A DNA stretch of 32,000 bases from Xylella taiwanensis (GTDB lineage: Bacteria > Pseudomonadota > Gammaproteobacteria > Xanthomonadales > Xanthomonadaceae), in contig NZ_CP053627.1 of assembly GCF_013177435.1 (NCBI RefSeq), positions 750,001 to 782,000 on the forward strand, in the 5' to 3' direction. Shown here one piece after another: positions 1 through 8,868 of the stretch; the first letter of the stretch is position 1; every line of letters begins with the position of its first letter. Below the pieces are notes generated by a model. The model searched no databases. It had not been told where the DNA came from and saw nothing but the letters and a program-made list of their open reading frames with translations. Both the position numbers and the translations under genes were made by a program.

Positions 1-211
1 TAGATCATGTGCGGTGATAGTGCTTTGTGACCATTCCTAAGTTAACACTCATGCAATGCCTGCCAAATGAACGTGAGCGGTGACCATGTTTTCTTGATTG
101 CAGGTGTTGCACTGACACAGTGACTGAAAAGCATCACGCCTCATCAAAAGTCCGTTCCGGGTTTAAATAAGCGCGCATAATTGAATTCTATTGTTACTAC
201 GGAGTCTTTTA

Positions 212-829
212 ATGAAGCTGTACATCTCGCCAGGCGCTTGCTCTTTGGCCGACCATATTCTGCTGCGGTGGGCTGGTTTTTCGTTCGACCTGCAGGTTCT
301 CGACCATAAAGGTATGAAGGAACCCGAATACCTTGCATTGAATCCCGCAGGTGCGGTGCCAGCGTTACAAGTGGACGACTGGGTACTGACTCAAAATGCA
401 GCTATTCTCAATTACATTACTGATCTTGCTCCTGCCGAGTGTGGGTTGGCTGGCGATGGTAGTCCGCAGGCGAGGGCGGAGATCAACCGCTGGATCGCTT
501 TCGCCAATGCGGATGTACATCCCACGTTTTGGCCACTCTTTGGGGGGACTGCCTATTTGCAGGATCAACAACTGATCGCACGCACTCAGGACAATGCTCG
601 GCAGAAATTACGCGTGTTGTACCAGCGTGCTGATACACATTTAAAACATCACAAGTGGCTTGCTAACGGACAGCGTTCCGGTGCCGATGCGTATCTCTAC
701 GTGACACTGCGATGGGCTAAAAAGGTCGGTGTAGATCTTTCTAATTTGGATGCGTTAGAGGCGTTCTTTCAGCGCATGGAGACGGATCCTGGGGTACATG
801 CTGCTTTACAGGCGGAAGGGCTGATCTGA
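212..829 (+). CDS. gstA: Glutathione S-transferase, beta class (GstA-like), 205 aa
   Basis: The N-terminus MKLYISPGACSLADHILL parallels my recollection of E. coli GstA (MKLFYKPGACSLASHITL), and the similarity continues to the C-terminus (RMETDPGVHAALQAEGL). GGAG at 201-204 lies 7 nt upstream of ATG 212. The track start at 191 is an upstream TTG with no RBS. Confidence 0.9.
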   Translation: MKLYISPGACSLADHILLRWAGFSFDLQVLDHKGMKEPEYLALNPAGAVPALQVDDWVLTQNAAILNYITDLAPAECGLAGDGSPQARAEINRWIAFANADVHPTFWPLFGGTAYLQDQQLIARTQDNARQKLRVLYQRADTHLKHHKWLANGQRSGADAYLYVTLRWAKKVGVDLSNLDALEAFFQRMETDPGVHAALQAEGLI

Positions 830-957
830 CTGTTAATAGCAAGGTACGTCTTCGTGCGTGGGTGCCTTGCGGCCAGTGTGGTTGCCAAGTCAGGACGGAA
901 TGTCTTGAGCAGTTTCAATCCAGGGAAGCCAATGTTCCAAGTAAATTAGGAAGCGAT

Positions 958-982
958 GGGCGCCGGATATCAGTCGGCGCCC
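958..982. terminator. GC-rich hairpin between convergent gst and mdh (candidate bidirectional terminator)
   Basis: Perfect 8-bp inverted repeat GGGCGCCG (958-965) / CGGCGCCC (975-982) with a 9-nt loop, 20 nt beyond the mdh stop. There is no strong U-tract on either side, so the call is moderate. Confidence 0.45.
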
Positions 983-1001
983 AGTAGCTGCTACAGCTCA
1001 A

Positions 1002-1988
1002 TTAACGCAGCAAATGGGCGACACTGGCACGCTCTTCTTCCAATTCGGCTCGCGTTTTGTCGATGCACGTTTGGCTGAAGGGGTCGATGGGCAGATCTTT
1101 GACGATGGTGTATTCACCATTGATTGTCATGACTGGGAAACCAAATATCATCTCTTCAGGAATGCCGTAGGAACCGTCCGATGGCACTCCCATCGTGACC
1201 CACTTGCCGTTGCTGCCCAGCACCCAATCACGCATGTGGTCAATGGCTGCATTGGCTGCCGAAGCTGCTGAAGACAAGCCGCGCGCTTCTATGATCGCGG
1301 CGCCACGCTTGCCGACAGTGGGAATGAAGCTGTTAGCGTTCCATGCTTGGTCGTTAATCGTCTCGGCGACCAGAGTGCCATCGGCGGTGGCGAAACGGTA
1401 ATCCGGATACATAGTCGGGCTGTGATTGCCCCACACAATGAGTTTTTCAATTTTGGCGACAGGCTTACCCAGCTTGGTCGATAACTGACTCAATGCGCGA
1501 TTGTGGTCTAGGCGTAGCATCGCGGTAAAGTGCTTCGAATTCAGATCTGGGGCCGACTTCATTGCGATGTAGGCGTTGGTGTTGGCTGGATTACCAACGA
1601 CCAGTACCTTGACATCACGTCGAGCGACTTTGTTCAAGGCTGCACCTTGGGTGGTAAAAATCTTGGCGTTCTCCAGTAGCAGGTCTTTGCGTTCCATCCC
1701 TGGGCCACGGGGGCGGGCACCTACTAGCAACGCCACGTCGGCGTCCTTGAATGCGACTTCTGGATTATCGGTACTGACCATGCCGGCTAGTAACGGGAAC
1801 GCACAGTCCTCAAGCTCCATCATCACGCCCTTAAGTGCGGCCTGTGCTGTATCGTTGGGTAGTTCCAGCATCTGGAGTATCACGGGCCTGTCTTTGCCAA
1901 ACATTTCTCCAGCAGCGATGCGAAACAGCAATGCGTAGCCGATCTGGCCTGCAGCGCCGGTCACAGCAACACGAATAAGTGCTTTCAT
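1002..1988 (-). CDS. mdh: Malate dehydrogenase (LDH-like MDH family), 328 aa
   Basis: Full-length ORF. It has the NAD-binding motif [19 protein letters not shown] plus VVGNPANTN and WGNHS motifs, and the 328-aa length is typical of this MDH type. Confidence 0.95.
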   Translation of the reverse strand: MKALIRVAVTGAAGQIGYALLFRIAAGEMFGKDRPVILQMLELPNDTAQAALKGVMMELEDCAFPLLAGMVSTDNPEVAFKDADVALLVGARPRGPGMERKDLLLENAKIFTTQGAALNKVARRDVKVLVVGNPANTNAYIAMKSAPDLNSKHFTAMLRLDHNRALSQLSTKLGKPVAKIEKLIVWGNHSPTMYPDYRFATADGTLVAETINDQAWNANSFIPTVGKRGAAIIEARGLSSAASAANAAIDHMRDWVLGSNGKWVTMGVPSDGSYGIPEEMIFGFPVMTINGEYTIVKDLPIDPFSQTCIDKTRAELEEERASVAHLLR

Positions 1989-2026
1989 AGGATGTTTCTC
2001 TGTGCTGAATGAAGTGATTTAGAGCT

Positions 2027-2040
2027 GGGGGGGGGGGGGG
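2027..2040. repeat. Homopolymeric G14 tract (C14 on the mdh/ppiB sense strand)
   Basis: Direct count gives 14 consecutive G. The tract lies 39-52 nt upstream of the mdh start codon (1988, minus strand) and 87 nt downstream of the ppiB stop. Confidence 0.95.
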
Positions 2041-2126
2041 ATGCTTTGGGAACACGGCAATTACTGTGGGAGGGAATGTCCACACAAGTGGAATAAGGCT
2101 GCCCGTGGCGAGAAGGACGTTCAACA

Positions 2127-2621
2127 TCAGGTAGCAAGAATCGTGTTCCACTCGATGACGCGATCGGCTTTAAGGGCTAGTGCACCATCAACATCGCCTT
2201 CAATCGTGATCTTGTTGATGATGTCGCCCTGGGCAATCGTGTCGACCACGTCCTGGCCATCGAGTACTTTCCCGAATACCGTGTGCTTGCCGTCCAGCCA
2301 TGGGGTTGGGACATGAGTGATGAAAAACTGGCTGCCGTTTGTGTTAGGACCCGCATTGGCCATCGACAGGGAGCCGCGCTCATGGCGCACGCCATTGTTG
2401 GTTTCATCCTCGAAACGGTAGCCTGGACCACCGCGGCCGGAACCCTCGGGGCAACCGCCCTGAATCATGAAATTGGCAATCACACGGTGGAAGTTTAAGC
2501 GGTCGTAGAAGCCACGTTTGGCTAAATTGACGAAATTAGCGACGGCTAAAGGGGCTTTGTCAGCGAATAGATTGATCTTGATCGGACCGCGGGCAGTATC
2601 GAAATGAGCAATGAGATGCAT
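2127..2621 (-). CDS. ppiB: Peptidyl-prolyl cis-trans isomerase, cyclophilin type (cytoplasmic PpiB-like), 164 aa
   Basis: Cyclophilin motifs [34 protein letters not shown] and HTVFGKV are present, and there is no signal peptide. I place the start at ATG 2621 (MHLIAHFDT...), which is preceded by GGAAAGGA. The longer track ORF adds 19 residues that are not cyclophilin-like. Confidence 0.9.
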   Translation of the reverse strand: MHLIAHFDTARGPIKINLFADKAPLAVANFVNLAKRGFYDRLNFHRVIANFMIQGGCPEGSGRGGPGYRFEDETNNGVRHERGSLSMANAGPNTNGSQFFITHVPTPWLDGKHTVFGKVLDGQDVVDTIAQGDIINKITIEGDVDGALALKADRVIEWNTILAT

Positions 2622-2854
2622 GCAGATCCTTTCCTTAAAATGAGTGGTTTCGCATGAAGTAAGGGCATAAGAATACACCTGGGGACCAATTGTTGCTTCT
2701 TCGTCCAGATCCCCTTACCAACGCCGGTAGCAAGTCTGGAATAGCTTTAGTTTGCTTGTACGAGTGATTGTCCAACGCGAATTTAATCTAAACCGGTATA
2801 ATCCTCGCCTTTCCTAGCTTCCTCACGACGGGCGCCAGACCCGGGTCGTTTCGC

Positions 2855-4684
2855 ATGTCCATAGAAAATCTCCGCAATATCGCCATCGTTGCTCACGTTG
2901 ACCATGGCAAGACCACTCTTGTTGATCAGTTGCTTAAGCAATCTGGGACCTTCAGCGAACGTACCCAAATGGGTGAGCGCGTGATGGACAGCAATGACCA
3001 AGAAAAGGAACGCGGCATCACGATTCTTGCTAAGAACACGGCAATCAATTGGAATGGCAACCGCATCAACATTGTTGATACTCCTGGGCACGCTGATTTT
3101 GGTGGTGAGGTTGAACGCGTGTTGTCGATGGTTGATTCAGTCCTGCTGTTGGTGGATGCAATGGATGGGCCAATGCCGCAGACGCGCTTTGTGACCCAGA
3201 AGGCCTTTGCGATGGGATTCAAACCGATTGTGGTGGTCAACAAGATTGACCGTCCTGGTGCGCGTCCAGATTGGGTTGTTGAGCAGGTCTGGGACTTATT
3301 CGATCGTCTCGGTGCCACGTCGGAGCAGATGGACTTCCCGATAGTCTATGCCTCGGCACTGAATGGTTATGCCAGCTTGGAGCCGAATGTACGGGTAGGC
3401 GATATGACTCCGCTGTATGAAGCGATCATGCAGCACGTCCAGCCACCGCAAGTGGATCTGCATGGCCCATTTCAGATGCGTATTAGCCAATTGGATTACA
3501 ACAGTTACGTTGGTCTCATTGGGATTGGCCGTATTCAACGTGGCAAGGTACGTACCAACATGCCGGTGACGGTCATTGACCGCATGGGCAATAAGCACAA
3601 CGGTAAAATTCTCCAGGTGCTTGGTTTCCTTGGCTTAGAGCGTCATGAGGTTGCAGAGGCCAAAGCGGGTGATATCGTTGCAATTTCTGGCATTGAGGCA
3701 CTCAGTATTTCCGATACCTTGACTGACCCAACGGCTCCAGAGTCTTTGCCAGCATTAAGTGTGGACGAACCGACAATCAGTATGACCTTTCAGGTCAACA
3801 ATTCGCCATTCGCCGGACAGAAGGAGTATTCAGGGGGGAAATTCCTGACAAGCCGTCAGCTCCGCGAACGCTTGACCCGCGAAACCTTACACAACGTTGC
3901 GTTGCGCGTGGAGGACACCGAAGATCCTGACAAATTCAAAGTCTCCGGCCGAGGCGAGCTGCATTTGTCGGTGTTGATTGAGACCATGCGCCGTGAGGGC
4001 TATGAATTGGGCGTGTCCCGCCCGGAAGTGATCATCAAGGAAATCGACGGCATACTCCAGGAGCCTTATGAGCAGTTAGTGGTTGACGTGGAAGAGGAGC
4101 ACCAAGGCGGTGTCATGGAACGTCTTGGCACGCGCAAGGCTCAGTTGTCGAACATGGAATTGGATGGCAAGGGTCGCGTACGTTTGGATTACATCATCCC
4201 AGCGCGTGGTTTGATTGGTTTTCAGACTGAGTTCAAGACCCTGACCTCTGGGAGTGGTCTACTGTTTCACATCTTTGACCACTATGGTCCGAAGGCGGAT
4301 GGTGCGATTGCCAAACGTCCCAACGGCGTCATGATCTCCAATGGACATGGAAAAGCACCTGGATATGCGTTGATGGGCTTGCAAGAACGTGGGCGCTTGC
4401 TGATCGATGCTGGTGAGGACATTTACGAAGGCATGTTGGTTGGCATCCATGCCAAGGATAATGACCTGACCGTCAATGCCCTTCGCGAGAAGCAATTGAC
4501 CAACATCCGTGCTGCTGGCAAGGACGACGCGATCTCGCTGACCCCCCCAATCAAGATGTCCCTGGAGCAGGCGCTAGAGTTCATCGAAGATGACGAGCTG
4601 GTCGAAGTTACACCGCAGGCAATCCGTTTGCGGAAAAAATATCTCAGCGAAAACGATCGTAAGCGTGCCAGTCGCACTGGCTGA
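2855..4684 (+). CDS. typA: Translational GTPase TypA/BipA, 609 aa
   Basis: G1 [10 protein letters not shown]3 [11 protein letters not shown] and G4 NKIDR motifs are present. It has EF-G-like domain architecture without domain IV, and the length is typical of BipA. Confidence 0.95.
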   Translation: MSIENLRNIAIVAHVDHGKTTLVDQLLKQSGTFSERTQMGERVMDSNDQEKERGITILAKNTAINWNGNRINIVDTPGHADFGGEVERVLSMVDSVLLLVDAMDGPMPQTRFVTQKAFAMGFKPIVVVNKIDRPGARPDWVVEQVWDLFDRLGATSEQMDFPIVYASALNGYASLEPNVRVGDMTPLYEAIMQHVQPPQVDLHGPFQMRISQLDYNSYVGLIGIGRIQRGKVRTNMPVTVIDRMGNKHNGKILQVLGFLGLERHEVAEAKAGDIVAISGIEALSISDTLTDPTAPESLPALSVDEPTISMTFQVNNSPFAGQKEYSGGKFLTSRQLRERLTRETLHNVALRVEDTEDPDKFKVSGRGELHLSVLIETMRREGYELGVSRPEVIIKEIDGILQEPYEQLVVDVEEEHQGGVMERLGTRKAQLSNMELDGKGRVRLDYIIPARGLIGFQTEFKTLTSGSGLLFHIFDHYGPKADGAIAKRPNGVMISNGHGKAPGYALMGLQERGRLLIDAGEDIYEGMLVGIHAKDNDLTVNALREKQLTNIRAAGKDDAISLTPPIKMSLEQALEFIEDDELVEVTPQAIRLRKKYLSENDRKRASRTG

Positions 4685-4703
4685 AAAAGTGAGGTCATCG
4701 AGT

Positions 4704-5189
4704 ATGACTGACAAACCCTATAATCCCGATGCGCACGCACATCCGGGGCTTCACGCCATCGCCCTATTGGAAGCATTTAAGGGTTTGCTTACGTTGGTTG
4801 GCGCTACTGGTCTAGAACTACTTGGTCCGTTGCCGCTGCAGAACATCGTATCCAATTTGATTCGGCTTCTCCATCTCGATCCAGAGCATGGTGCTTTACC
4901 TTCGTTGTTGAAGATGATCGACCCCAACGCGGTGCATTTGGCCGCAGCCGCAATGTTAGCCTACGGCGTGCTGCACCTGATCGAATCCTGGGGGCTGTGG
5001 CGGGTTAAGGCTTGGGCCTCGCTCCTGGGTTGCGTGTCGGCAGCGATCTACTTGCCATTTGACATCTACGCGATTGTCCATCATCCCGGGTGGCCCTCTT
5101 GGAGCGTCCTAGCGATCAACCTGTTAGTGGTTGGAGTCTTAACTCGTGACTTGATTCGGCGTCGCCTGCCTCAGCGCTGCGTTAGCTGA
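4704..5189 (+). CDS. Small inner-membrane protein (DUF2127-like), 161 aa
   Basis: GAGG at 4691-4694 lies 9 nt upstream of ATG 4704, which is 20 nt after the typA stop, so co-transcription is likely. There are about four hydrophobic helices. The family name comes from remembered sequence resemblance only (HAIALLEAFKGLL ... ESWGLW). Confidence 0.7.
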   Translation: MTDKPYNPDAHAHPGLHAIALLEAFKGLLTLVGATGLELLGPLPLQNIVSNLIRLLHLDPEHGALPSLLKMIDPNAVHLAAAAMLAYGVLHLIESWGLWRVKAWASLLGCVSAAIYLPFDIYAIVHHPGWPSWSVLAINLLVVGVLTRDLIRRRLPQRCVS

Positions 5190-5763
5190 TATGCAATCTG
5201 ATTCACTTCTCATCATCACATTCAAGTTTGAAGGATCTTTGTCTATAAGCCGCTTATTGTCCGTGGCACGATTTTTCGAAGTGTAGAGATAATCAAGGGT
5301 ATGATGAAATCAACCCTGTTCTTTGGAGTGATGTTAAAACATACGTGCTAGAGCGCTTTGCCTGATGATAGGGAGCACGTGATGCCGTAGCCTGATCTCG
5401 TAGCACGCACCTGTGTTTACATTCCGGCTCAGATGGGGAATGTCAAGCCGCGTACCGTTGAAAAATTCAGACAATTGATGTGTATCAATGACCGTACAAC
5501 AAGTAGTTCAACCTGTTGGGGGCAAAGATGAAATCAATATTGAACGACGTAATGGTTATTTTGTAAGTTCTCTGAACTGGAAGGTTAGAAATTCTTGCTA
5601 TCCACATCATCTGAATGGGCTATCAACTGTTAATCCATTTGAATTGCTAATCAATATGCGTAATAGCGAAGAAAATATAAATGAAATTAACGAAAATATG
5701 ATTTGCATTTTTTATTGAGAAGTTGATATAACTCTTCCAATAAAAATGTGACAGCCATCAATA

Positions 5764-7026
5764 GTGAAGGATCTGTTCCGCAAAGAAGTACTTGAGGCAA
5801 AGCGCACAAGTTGGCTTGGTGGTATCTCTTTGATCCAACCAATTAAAGCATGGTTGTTAGTGCTGGCATCCAGCATGATGGCGCTGTTAGTTGTGCTGTT
5901 TCTCTGCTTAGGGACTTACACCCGTAGGTCCAGCGTAACGGGGCAACTCGTGTCATCTAAAGGACTGGTGACGGTAGTAGCACCTGCTACGGGTACAGTA
6001 AGCCAGATCAAAGTGTCCGAGGGAACTAATGCACTTTCTGGGCAGATACTTGCATTGGTGACAGTGCCGCGGACTACTGTTACCAGTGGTGATGCCACCA
6101 GGGCCTTGGAACAGCGGTTACAGGAGCGGAGGCAGGGGTTGTCGATGAGTCAACAAGCTCAGATGCAAGTGCTATCCGCGCAAACATCAGGCATTGAAGC
6201 GCAACTGAGTGCCGCACAACGTGAGTTGGCACAGATCGAAATTGAGATTGCGACTCGTCAGAAACAGATACAGATTGCCAACGAAACTTTACAGCGCTTG
6301 AAGCAGTTGGAGGATGCGCGTTACGTGGGCACACTGCAAATCAAACAACAGGAGTCCACCGTACTGGACTACACCAGCCAAATGCAGGCAATGCAACGCC
6401 AAGCCATCATGACTCGACGGTCTATTGCTCAGTTGCAACAATCCTTAAGGGAATTGCCGGGGCAGTATCAGAATTCCGAGGCAAACTACCGACGCGAACT
6501 GGCGCAACTGGAGCAGGAACAGGTAGAAACCGAGGCTCGTGGTGCGCTTTCTGTAGTTTCCCCAATCGATGGAGTCATTGCTACCCAGATTGTCAAGCCT
6601 CAGCAAACAGTGCAGGCAGGGCAACCAATGTTGAGTTTGTTACCAGTAAATGGTGAGTTGGAAGCAGAACTCCTCTTGCCGAGTCGCGCCATTGGTTTTA
6701 TTGAGCAAGGTGATGAGGTTCGTTTACGTTACCAAGCTTATCCGTATCAGAAATTCGGTCATCAACGTGGTCGAGTGTCTAGAATTAGTCGTAGTGCATT
6801 GACTTCAGGTGAGCTTGGAGCATTAATCGGTGATACCCGACAAGCCGAACCGTATTACCGAGTTATAGTGAAGATTCCCCAACAGTCCATCACAGCCTAT
6901 GGTCGGCAGGAACCTTTAAAACCTGGAATGTTGATTGATGCTGATATTCTTAGCGAAAAACGTCGATTAATCGAATGGATATTCGAACCATTGTACTCGT
7001 TGCGAGGAAAGGTTAGTAATAATTGA
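5764..7026 (+). CDS. cvaA: HlyD-family membrane fusion / bacteriocin secretion protein (CvaA-like), 420 aa
   Basis: The N-terminus LFRKEVLEAKRTSWLGG followed by a single TM segment and then GTYTRRSSVTGQL parallels E. coli CvaA (FRQDALENRKMKWQG ... GTYSRRVNVSGEV). It also has a long coiled-coil centre and the C-terminal motif LSEKRRLIEWIFEPLY. The start is GTG, with no clear SD. Confidence 0.9.
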   Translation: MKDLFRKEVLEAKRTSWLGGISLIQPIKAWLLVLASSMMALLVVLFLCLGTYTRRSSVTGQLVSSKGLVTVVAPATGTVSQIKVSEGTNALSGQILALVTVPRTTVTSGDATRALEQRLQERRQGLSMSQQAQMQVLSAQTSGIEAQLSAAQRELAQIEIEIATRQKQIQIANETLQRLKQLEDARYVGTLQIKQQESTVLDYTSQMQAMQRQAIMTRRSIAQLQQSLRELPGQYQNSEANYRRELAQLEQEQVETEARGALSVVSPIDGVIATQIVKPQQTVQAGQPMLSLLPVNGELEAELLLPSRAIGFIEQGDEVRLRYQAYPYQKFGHQRGRVSRISRSALTSGELGALIGDTRQAEPYYRVIVKIPQQSITAYGRQEPLKPGMLIDADILSEKRRLIEWIFEPLYSLRGKVSNN

Positions 7027-7244
7027 TTTTTCAAATAATAATATGAAATGGGTTTGAATATATAAATGGGTATGTTTTTTAGGTATTATTTTGTTATACG
7101 CAAATGCGTAAGATGCTGAGCTTCGAAAGTAAGGAGATATTTTCTAAGAATAAATTAATTTTATTTATTTCCTTTTTATTTTCTTATGTAATTTCAACTC
7201 TTCAAAATTAAGCTGTGTTAGACCAACTTATAGGAATGGATCAA

Positions 7245-7478
7245 ATGCGTGAACTCGCTGCACAAGAAATTGGAAACGTTGATGGTGGCGTTTACATATT
7301 GAATTTAAATTATGGAGGTTTTTCAAGAAATCCTTTTTTAGCATTTTTGGGGATCGGAAATACGGCGATTGCGGTAAACTTTGGTCGAGGTGGATCTTCC
7401 TTTTACAGCAGGCCAACACTTAATATCGACAATGTAAATGTTATTAACGTCACTCAGGAAATACATCAACCAGTCTGA
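7245..7478 (+). CDS. Double-glycine-leader peptide A (77 aa; leader 15 aa + core 62 aa), bacteriocin/microcin-like PCAT cargo
   Basis: The leader MRELAAQEIGNVDGG matches the ColV-type pattern, with hydrophobic residues at -4, -7 and -12, Glu at -8 and GG at -2/-1. GGA lies 9-10 nt upstream of ATG 7245. Upstream in-frame starts at 7236 (ATG) and 7215 (GTG) are possible but would lengthen the leader atypically. The gene lies between cvaA and cvaB. Confidence 0.75.
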   Translation: MRELAAQEIGNVDGGVYILNLNYGGFSRNPFLAFLGIGNTAIAVNFGRGGSSFYSRPTLNIDNVNVINVTQEIHQPV

Positions 7479-7671
7479 AGATTGGGGCGTTGTTTTATAG
7501 CCGTTCGCTAAATCTGGGGAAGATGATGAATTGTTAAGGAACATGCAGAAGCGATTGAAGCAAGGAAGATGAAAACTTCCTACTCCTGATGGGGTTGCTT
7601 TTTATTATTTTCTGCAATCCTCCTCCTTATTTTCATTATCTCCATAATAACTGACTATGGAAATGAATCAA

Positions 7672-7962
7672 ATGCATGAACTTTCTGTCCAAGAAATCAA
7701 AAACGTTGGTGGTGGCTTTTTCTTTGTTCTTTTTCCTGAGAGTTTTTCAAACGCGACTATTTCATCTGTTACGTTTGGATCTATTCCGAGTAGAACTCGT
7801 CCGTTTGAATCTCTTTCGATACCAGAACCTGTTGTCTCCGGACCTATTTCCTCCGGAATAGGCATTTTTGGAACTGGCACTGGATTTCTAAGGACTTCCA
7901 GCCGACATGTTTCTATCGGCACCGTAAATATTTACAATATTGACCAACAGATCACTCTATAA
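7672..7962 (+). CDS. Double-glycine-leader peptide B (96 aa; core 81 aa), PCAT cargo
   Basis: The leader is MHELSVQEIKNVGGG. An alternative start at 7657 would add MEMNQ. The core is Ser/Pro/Gly-rich and ends in TVNIYNIDQQITL, a motif shared with peptides A and C. Confidence 0.75.
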   Translation: MHELSVQEIKNVGGGFFFVLFPESFSNATISSVTFGSIPSRTRPFESLSIPEPVVSGPISSGIGIFGTGTGFLRTSSRHVSIGTVNIYNIDQQITL

Positions 7963-8162
7963 CATCACCTTATTCAAGGAATAACTCAGCGAATTTTAAA
8001 ATTGGAGCCGTTATTTTATAACAGTTCTTGCTAAATCTGAGTAAAAATGATGAATCATTAAGGAGCATGCAGAATGATCCAAGCAAAGGAAGAAGATGAA
8101 ATGAAAGCTTTCTGCAACTTTCCTCCTTATTTTCATAATAATCGATCATGGAAATGAATCAA

Positions 8163-8426
8163 ATGCGCGAACTTTCTGTCCAAGAAGTAAAAAACGTTGA
8201 TGGCGGCTTTTTATTCTTTGTTTCCTCAGGTATATCTTCCCCTGAAATTATTTCGCCTGTTTCACCTGTTGCGTTCAGCCCTTATCCGTCGTCTGGGGGG
8301 TTTCCTTTTAAATCTGATGGATCCAGTGCAAGCCTTTTGGGATATAATCTTGGAAAACTCGTCGTACAAGAGTTTTTTGTGCGACGTGTAAATGTTTATA
8401 ACATCACTCAAGTAATAAATAAATAA
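8163..8426 (+). CDS. Double-glycine-leader peptide C (87 aa; core 72 aa), PCAT cargo
   Basis: The leader is MRELSVQEVKNVDGG. An alternative start at 8148 would add MEMNQ. The core is Ser/Pro-rich and ends in RVNVYNITQVINK. Confidence 0.75.
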   Translation: MRELSVQEVKNVDGGFLFFVSSGISSPEIISPVSPVAFSPYPSSGGFPFKSDGSSASLLGYNLGKLVVQEFFVRRVNVYNITQVINK

Positions 8427-8637
8427 CATCACTCAAGAAGTAATTCAGCGAAGTATTGGTTTTATAGTTTTTCTCAGTCAAAATAGACAGAGATGATGAA
8501 TTATTAAGGGGTATGCGGGGTAATCTAAGCATAATTAAGATGAAAACTTCCTGTTGTTAATGGAGTGACTCTTTATCGCTTCCTGCAATCTCCCCTTAAT
8601 TTTCATTGTCTTAATATTTACTGTTGGTATTAATTAA

Positions 8638-8868
8638 ATGCGTGAACTTTCTTTCCAGGAAATCGAAAACGTTGAGGATGGTTGCTGTGGAATTATTATT
8701 GGATGCGCAATTGGTGGAGCCGTAGTTGTAGGAGCAGCTGTTGTTACAACTGTTGCTATTAGAGTTATAGCTCTTTATTGGAATTGGGGAAACGTTGCGT
8801 TCAATCTCCAACCTTGTGCTTCCAATAATGGTTGCAGTCAAAATGTTGTCAAATATGAATGTAAATAG
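8638..8868 (+). CDS. Leader-bearing hydrophobic Cys-containing peptide D (76 aa), colicin V/class II microcin-like
   Basis: The leader MRELSFQEIENVEDG is collinear with those of A-C but has Asp-Gly at -2/-1. The core CCGIIIGCAIGGAVVVGAAVVTTVAIRVIALYWNWG... is Gly/Ala/Val-rich with six Cys, including a C-terminal CASNNGC...YECK cluster. Confidence 0.75.
   Translation: MRELSFQEIENVEDGCCGIIIGCAIGGAVVVGAAVVTTVAIRVIALYWNWGNVAFNLQPCASNNGCSQNVVKYECK

Noticed and set aside
1014-2151. Plus-strand ORFs 1014-1271, 1195-1401 and 1576-1938, and minus-strand ORF 1831-2151, overlapping mdh and the G-tract
   Set aside because: These are antisense or off-frame shadows of the well-supported mdh CDS. The PPPPP in 1831-2151 is simply the C14 tract translated.
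5488-5718. 76-aa ORF upstream of cvaA whose N-terminus MTVQQVVQPVGG looks superficially like a double-glycine leader
   Set aside because: The hydrophobic and acidic positions do not fit the leader register (Pro at -4, no Glu at -8, only 12 residues). There is no SD and no TM segment, so it is not an immunity candidate. The ORF also spans a GC-to-AT composition switch. It is probably non-coding, though it cannot be fully excluded.
7676-8391. Alternative-frame ORFs nested in peptides B and C (7676-7861 and 8197-8391), both hydrophobic/basic and sharing LFHLLR
   Set aside because: The shared motif follows automatically from the nucleotide similarity of B and C in that segment. The T-rich sequence yields Leu/Phe-rich alternate frames. 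There is no RBS, and peptide A has no equivalent. I considered them as embedded immunity genes but they are unsupported.
7610-8600. Reading the conserved CTGCAA element of the 5' blocks as a sigma-54 -12 box
   Set aside because: No GG dinucleotide lies at the required spacing of about 12 nt upstream in any unit.
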